Virus record (IMG/VR): IMGVR_UViG_3300007609_001041
Span: 1-64,000 of that record
Direction: 5' to 3' (one strand)
From: an uncultured virus (IMG/VR IMGVR_UViG_3300007609_001041)
Taxonomy: Duplodnaviria > Heunggongvirae > Uroviricota > Caudoviricetes
DNA: 64,000 nt
Under the pieces are notes generated by a model. The model was given only the letters and a program-made list of their open reading frames with translations, was not told the origin of the DNA and ran no database searches. The first letter of the stretch is position 1. The number at the start of each line of letters is the position of its first letter. This document shows positions 59,840 through 64,000 of the stretch, in pieces. Made by a program: the position numbers and the translations under genes.

Positions 59840-60442
59840 ATGATAAACACACTTTATAAAGTACCAATTTGGATACAAGACAATACATTGCCGCAAGATA
59901 AATTAGATATGCTAGAACAAGCATGCTACGACAAGTGTCAACCATTGTCAGATTATCCAGATGAATTTAATCCTGATATTTTTAAATTTTCTCGTTCTAA
60001 CAAAATAAATGTTCATACGGAGCCTGAATTTAAAGAAGTTACTAACTTAATGTTAACAGCCGCAAGAAATATGATGTTAGAAATGAGTTACACACAAGAA
60101 CAGGCTCAGCGTCTTAGAATTGTTAACAGCTGGTTTGCAATATATAAAAATAAAGATAATCTACCTATGCATACACACCGTGATAGTTTCTTTTCAGGAG
60201 CATATTATATTAAAGATGTTACAGATTGTAAATTACGATTTATTCATGACATCTATAGAAATACACCTTACCCAGAAGATTTACATAATGAATGGGGCAA
60301 AAATGTTACAGACTTTGATTGTAAAGACGGACGAATTATTATATTTCCTAGTGACTGTATACACGGAATTGATCAGCTTAATAGTAATAAGCCCGATAAT
60401 GAACCTATTAAAGTTATGTTATCGTATAATTTTAATTTTTAA
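59840..60442 (+). CDS. Putative 2OG-Fe(II) oxygenase
   Basis: NSWF, HTH, FSGAYY, IIIFPS..IHG and LSYNF. Confidence 0.8.
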   Translation: MINTLYKVPIWIQDNTLPQDKLDMLEQACYDKCQPLSDYPDEFNPDIFKFSRSNKINVHTEPEFKEVTNLMLTAARNMMLEMSYTQEQAQRLRIVNSWFAIYKNKDNLPMHTHRDSFFSGAYYIKDVTDCKLRFIHDIYRNTPYPEDLHNEWGKNVTDFDCKDGRIIIFPSDCIHGIDQLNSNKPDNEPIKVMLSYNFNF

Positions 60443-60933
60443 ACACAGGCAACAATATGAATTCGATCCTCAAAACTTCCGTTTAATGCTAGGTGCTTTA
60501 ATCTAGTATCTAACCAATATAAATGACCTACTGATTCCATTCTTAATATTTCTTCGTCTACTATAAACATACAATTATTATTTGTAGTTACAGGAATATG
60601 CATTCGCGGGGTTGGATCTGTGTGATATGAATAACATTCTTTAGAGCGCAGTGTCATTACTCTAGTTCTATATAAATTATTTTCTTTAATAATACTATTA
60701 ATATATGGTATATCGTAGTAACATTCGGTAATATCTGTTTCTTCAAAATGTGTTTTAGCAGTTCTTTCTTTGTTTATAGGATCAAACACATCAAAATCAC
60801 CTCTCCATGTTTGTAGATTATTGTTAGAATTTATAGCGTAGTTAATACTTTCTAATTCACTAATAATCTTTTCAACATCATATTTTTTGCCTGTTTTTAT
60901 AAATTTATTCACGTACCTTTTCCCTTCGGACAT
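60439..60933 (-). CDS. Aspartyl/asparaginyl beta-hydroxylase-like Fe/2OG oxygenase
   Basis: RTRVM, YSYHTD, RMHIP, LDTR.KH..N and RIHIV. Confidence 0.7.
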   Translation of the reverse strand: MSEGKRYVNKFIKTGKKYDVEKIISELESINYAINSNNNLQTWRGDFDVFDPINKERTAKTHFEETDITECYYDIPYINSIIKENNLYRTRVMTLRSKECYSYHTDPTPRMHIPVTTNNNCMFIVDEEILRMESVGHLYWLDTRLKHLALNGSFEDRIHIVACV

Positions 60934-61361
60934 ACAGTTAATTCTTTTACTCTATACGGCTGGTCCAATACCCATTCAATTATACCTACTACATATTCTA
61001 AATCCATTTTAGGAGTGTCAATGTCTGCTACTCGTTCGGTATCAAAAAAACCAAAATTTAAACATGTAGTATCGTAATAATTATCAAAAAGTTGGCTGTT
61101 TGCATCACGCAGAGCTTTCTTTTCTACGCCATATCTATATGTTTTTTTTCCTGGATGATAAATCCAGTCACTTGCTGAACTTCCTATATTAATTACTTTT
61201 TTGTTTTTTTCTATTGCTTTGTAGAGTAATTTTACTTGAGAAAATTCGTCATGCTTACAGTTAATAAACACATCGCATTCGTCTAACGATTCGCAATTGC
61301 CGTATTTTTCTTCAAGAACTTTTCCTAGACCTCGTCTTGTTCCTGTGATATAAAATTTCAT
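60909..61361 (-). CDS. Minimal short-chain dehydrogenase/reductase-like protein
   Basis: ITGTRRGLG, FINC, INIGS and YGVEK (YxxxK). Confidence 0.7.
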   Translation of the reverse strand: MKFYITGTRRGLGKVLEEKYGNCESLDECDVFINCKHDEFSQVKLLYKAIEKNKKVINIGSSASDWIYHPGKKTYRYGVEKKALRDANSQLFDNYYDTTCLNFGFFDTERVADIDTPKMDLEYVVGIIEWVLDQPYRVKELTVCPKGKGT

Positions 61362-61428
61362 TAGTAAGTTCCTTGGCTATAACACTATTATAAGTATATA
61401 TACACTTATATTAGAAAGGACATATATT

Positions 61429-61782
61429 ATGGCATGGGGCTATCATTTATTAGTGGACTGTAAGCAAGGCGACATTCCTAGTATTACTAGCAAAGAAAAT
61501 GTATCTACTTTTGTTAGGAAATTAGTAAAAGGAATTGACATGGTAGCATACGGTGATTTAATGATTGAACGCTTTGCTACACATGATCCTGATAAAGCCG
61601 GTATTAGTTTTTGTCAAATGATTGAAACGTCAAACATTACAGGACATTTCGTCGAACTTAATGGAAACTTTTATATTGATGTTTTTAGTTGTAAACCTTA
61701 TGATACTCATACAGTGCTGGATTTAATACAAGAATATTTTAATCCAGCATCTGTTAGCACAACTTTTATTAATAGAGATTAA
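61429..61782 (+). CDS. speD: S-adenosylmethionine decarboxylase proenzyme-like protein (pyruvoyl type)
   Basis: GYHLLVD, GIS...IETSNITGHF and YIDVFSCK; AAGGA RBS. Confidence 0.78.
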   Translation: MAWGYHLLVDCKQGDIPSITSKENVSTFVRKLVKGIDMVAYGDLMIERFATHDPDKAGISFCQMIETSNITGHFVELNGNFYIDVFSCKPYDTHTVLDLIQEYFNPASVSTTFINRD

Positions 61783-62774
61783 GCAACTAAGTTGACCCAA
61801 GCGCCGTTTTCGTAGCCTTGGAATTTATTGTCAGTTGTATTATAGATAACCATGCCATTGGCAGCAGTTAATGCATCTCTTTCAGTAGTAGTTAAGCTAC
61901 CAAACTGTACAAATCCTGTAAAAGAACCGTTTCCTCTAATGTCTAGTTCATTTTGAGGAAAGTATGTACCATAAGCAATACCTTCGTATGTAATTGTAGT
62001 AGTAGTTTCTTGTACCCAGTTACCTGGATTTCCAGTAGCAAAGTCGTTTTGTATAAACAAACCATATCTACCACCGACAAGTTTTAATCCTTGTCCTTTT
62101 AGACCAGTAGTTGTTCTACCAGAAAAAATAACTTCCCCATATGACTGATCTAAGTCGCCCATGTTGTCATACACAAGTTCTACTATAGCTCTATTACCAT
62201 CCTCGCTGTAGAGTGTTTTACTTCCACTCATATTAGGAGCATGCAATGTACCGTTAATAGCATCTAATAAAAGACTAGAATCATCAGCAAACACACTACC
62301 TTCAATATCACCGACAACATTTCCAAAGTGAGATCCTGTCGTATTACCGATTACGCTACCAGTAACACTACCAGTTACATCACCTATTAAGTCGCCTACA
62401 ATATTACCAGAACTTATAACTGACGTAGTATTAACAGGCCCAAGTATTTGTCCATTGATTGCATCTACTAACAATGTAGAATCGTCAGCGTAAATATTAC
62501 CACGTAAGTCTAGTGCAGGATTGTCAGTAGGAGCCCAATTTGAACCATTATAAACAAGGATTTGATCTTTCTGCGGTGCTAATGCTTGCACATTGCCTAA
62601 ATCTTCTAAATCTTGCGTAGATACTGAAACTGGAACACCGCCTACTGTTGCTCCATCGCCTACAAAAACTTCTTTAGAATCCGTAGTGTAAACGAGTTCA
62701 CCTTCTGCAGGAGTAAATCCCGGACTGTCTTGTAATGCAGTCTTAGTTCCTCGTTTAATTCTTAACGTACCCAT
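61779..62774 (-). CDS. Fibre/appendage-type virion protein with an Mtd/hyaluronidase-like N-terminal module
   Basis: LRIKRGT...PAEGELVYTTD.KEVFVGDG; two internal G.(I/V).ADDS.LL.DAING repeats; C-terminal ERDAL..NGMVIYNTT. Confidence 0.65.
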   Translation of the reverse strand: MGTLRIKRGTKTALQDSPGFTPAEGELVYTTDSKEVFVGDGATVGGVPVSVSTQDLEDLGNVQALAPQKDQILVYNGSNWAPTDNPALDLRGNIYADDSTLLVDAINGQILGPVNTTSVISSGNIVGDLIGDVTGSVTGSVIGNTTGSHFGNVVGDIEGSVFADDSSLLLDAINGTLHAPNMSGSKTLYSEDGNRAIVELVYDNMGDLDQSYGEVIFSGRTTTGLKGQGLKLVGGRYGLFIQNDFATGNPGNWVQETTTTITYEGIAYGTYFPQNELDIRGNGSFTGFVQFGSLTTTERDALTAANGMVIYNTTDNKFQGYENGAWVNLVA

Positions 62775-62801
62775 TTAATGCTCCTAAATCGTTGTTATAT
62801 G

Positions 62802-62809
62802 TATTTATG
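62802..62809 (-). promoter_or_regulatory. Putative late promoter (CATAAATA)
   Basis: TAAATA core on the minus strand, upstream of the AGGAG RBS of the 62774 gene. Confidence 0.6.
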
Positions 62810-62824
62810 CCATAATCAGAAATA

Positions 62825-63139
62825 TCATCTTCTTTTTTTAGTAGGATTTTTTAAAAAGGCTCTAGTTTTTTTAATAACATCTTTTTTAACTTTCTGCGTA
62901 TTCAAACGAAAATCAACATGGAGAATTTCATCTCCATACTCATCAAATAACCCAGCTACAGTTTCGTCAAGATTTGCACCTGTTTCTTTTTTGGCATTAC
63001 AATCTATTTCCCATACAGTACCTTCTTTAAATTCTATTCGAATCGTACTAAGATAGTTAATGGGAATAGTGTGTATATCAATGTCTTTAAAGACTTCGGG
63101 CCAATGTTTAATTACATCCTCAGGAAGTCTTTTATTCAC
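62825..63139 (-). CDS. Hypothetical phage protein
   Basis: 104-aa ORF overlapping the upstream gene; no motif recognised. Confidence 0.6.
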   Translation of the reverse strand: MNKRLPEDVIKHWPEVFKDIDIHTIPINYLSTIRIEFKEGTVWEIDCNAKKETGANLDETVAGLFDEYGDEILHVDFRLNTQKVKKDVIKKTRAFLKNPTKKRR

Positions 63140-63776
63140 TTTTGACTTTCTTTTTTGTAGGGACTAATTCTTCTGCCTGCTTTCTTAACGCTTGTGCTTC
63201 TTTAAACAATCTGTCAGCTTGTGATCTATAACTTGCAGCTAAGTCGTCGTCTGAAAGAACTCCGTCTGTCGGCGCTTGTAAGTTTGCAGCTTGCGATTCT
63301 GCCACTACAGGAGAGGGTTTGCTAGGCATCTCATTAACAGATCCCGCTTCTTGAATAGTAGTACCTTCGGGAAGTTCGTTAGGATCCTTAAGTGCTAAGT
63401 CGGCTATTGTTACACCACGCTGGTCTGCAATAATTTTATTAAGTTCATCAAGACCGATACTAGTTGTTGTGTTAGGAGTCATTTCGATTTGACTCATTGG
63501 AATCTTTTGTAACTTTCCAGTTGCATGGAAACGTGCAAGCATATTAGCGCCATCACTTAATTGTGAGCGTGACATCACTTCTACAAACTCAAATGCACTC
63601 TGTCCTGCATTGCTTTCAACAGTTCTAATTACGGTATCATGATCAGAATCTGATAAACTAGCTGTGTCAATTACAAGTGCGTTAGTTGGAGGATTTTCAC
63701 CGGGGATAACTCGGTAAGCAACAATAACTTTACGTTGATTTGCTTTAAGTCTTCCTACATGTTTAATTTCGCTCAT
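63132..63776 (-). CDS. Hypothetical phage protein
   Basis: 214-aa ORF with an AAGGAG RBS and a C-terminal coiled-coil-like helix. Confidence 0.65.
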   Translation of the reverse strand: MSEIKHVGRLKANQRKVIVAYRVIPGENPPTNALVIDTASLSDSDHDTVIRTVESNAGQSAFEFVEVMSRSQLSDGANMLARFHATGKLQKIPMSQIEMTPNTTTSIGLDELNKIIADQRGVTIADLALKDPNELPEGTTIQEAGSVNEMPSKPSPVVAESQAANLQAPTDGVLSDDDLAASYRSQADRLFKEAQALRKQAEELVPTKKKVKSE

Positions 63777-64000
63777 TACTTGTCTCCTTGTGCCTCGTCG
63801 GCTTGGGCCTTAGCTTCTTCTTCCGCTTTTTGTACAGTCTGCAAGAAAGTATCAAGTTTGTTAAACGTTTTACCAACTGCTTCTAGCTCATTAGCTTTGA
63901 ATGCACCCCGCTGAGATGCAACATCAATAATAGATCTTAATACACCAAGATCTTGTACAGTAAGCTCAACTGCTGTTTGAGTTGTTTCTGCTTCCTGAGT
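63776..64000 (-). CDS. Small hypothetical phage protein (5' end outside the window)
   Basis: Manual translation ...ELTVQDLGVLRSIIDVASQRGAFKANELEAVGKTFNKLDTFL...QGDK*; its stop overlaps the next start (TAATG). Confidence 0.65.
   Translation of the reverse strand, partial: TQEAETTQTAVELTVQDLGVLRSIIDVASQRGAFKANELEAVGKTFNKLDTFLQTVQKAEEEAKAQADEAQGDK

Noticed and set aside
61389..61410. Inverted repeat TATAAGT-N8-ACTTATA between the SDR and speD genes
   Set aside because: Short and almost all A/T. It could be a divergent promoter or operator but cannot be distinguished from chance.
35122..61782. DNA hypermodification cluster as the primary interpretation
   Set aside because: No thymidylate-synthase-like hydroxymethylase, Dpd/queuosine genes or replication genes are adjacent, and the context is late structural. 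Kept only as an alternative.
37088..63056. Short nested ORFs in the enzyme island considered as RiPP precursor peptides
   Set aside because: All lie within or antisense to well-supported genes. No free-standing leader/core peptide, YcaO, RRE or peptidase was recognised, so a RiPP interpretation is unsupported.
1..64000. tRNA, rRNA, riboswitch, intron/intein, transposase, stop-codon reassignment
   Set aside because: None was recognised by eye. Intergenic gaps are very short and the ORFs tile the window under the standard code. A covariance-model scan was not possible.

Overview
The window is an AT-rich, densely coded fragment of a large T4-like (gp55-type) myovirus genome, probably a jumbo phage. 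The transporter sequence suggests a marine alphaproteobacterial host, but that is inference. Left end (minus strand): recombination nuclease gp46/gp47 and an enlarged gp55 late sigma factor, with near-perfect sigma70 promoters before gp55 and gp47. 2.5-35.1 kb (plus strand): a late baseplate/tail operon with a gp53-like protein, a hub, a gp5 carrying a C-terminal GH19 domain, gp25, gp6, a 4986-aa giant protein and three paralogous fibre proteins, punctuated by (n)TAAATA late-promoter motifs. 35.1-61.8 kb: a ~27 kb, ~34-gene island of tailoring enzymes. It holds 5 glycosyltransferase-like ORFs, 6 radical SAM enzymes (2 B12-binding type; 2 with a separately encoded SPASM-like partner), 4 nitroreductase-fold paralogs, a DegT aminotransferase, a carbamoyltransferase, a kinase, a methyltransferase, an ATP-grasp ligase, a PP-loop ATPase, a GNAT, two Fe/2OG oxygenases, an SDR, a SAM decarboxylase and a complete four-gene Pot-type ABC importer. 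The island is bracketed by late structural genes and is the best candidate for an undescribed system: a phage-encoded amino-sugar/polyamine-type biosynthetic or virion-decoration pathway. All calls come from motif recognition by eye; no database searches were run. No tRNA, rRNA, CRISPR or mobile element was recognised.
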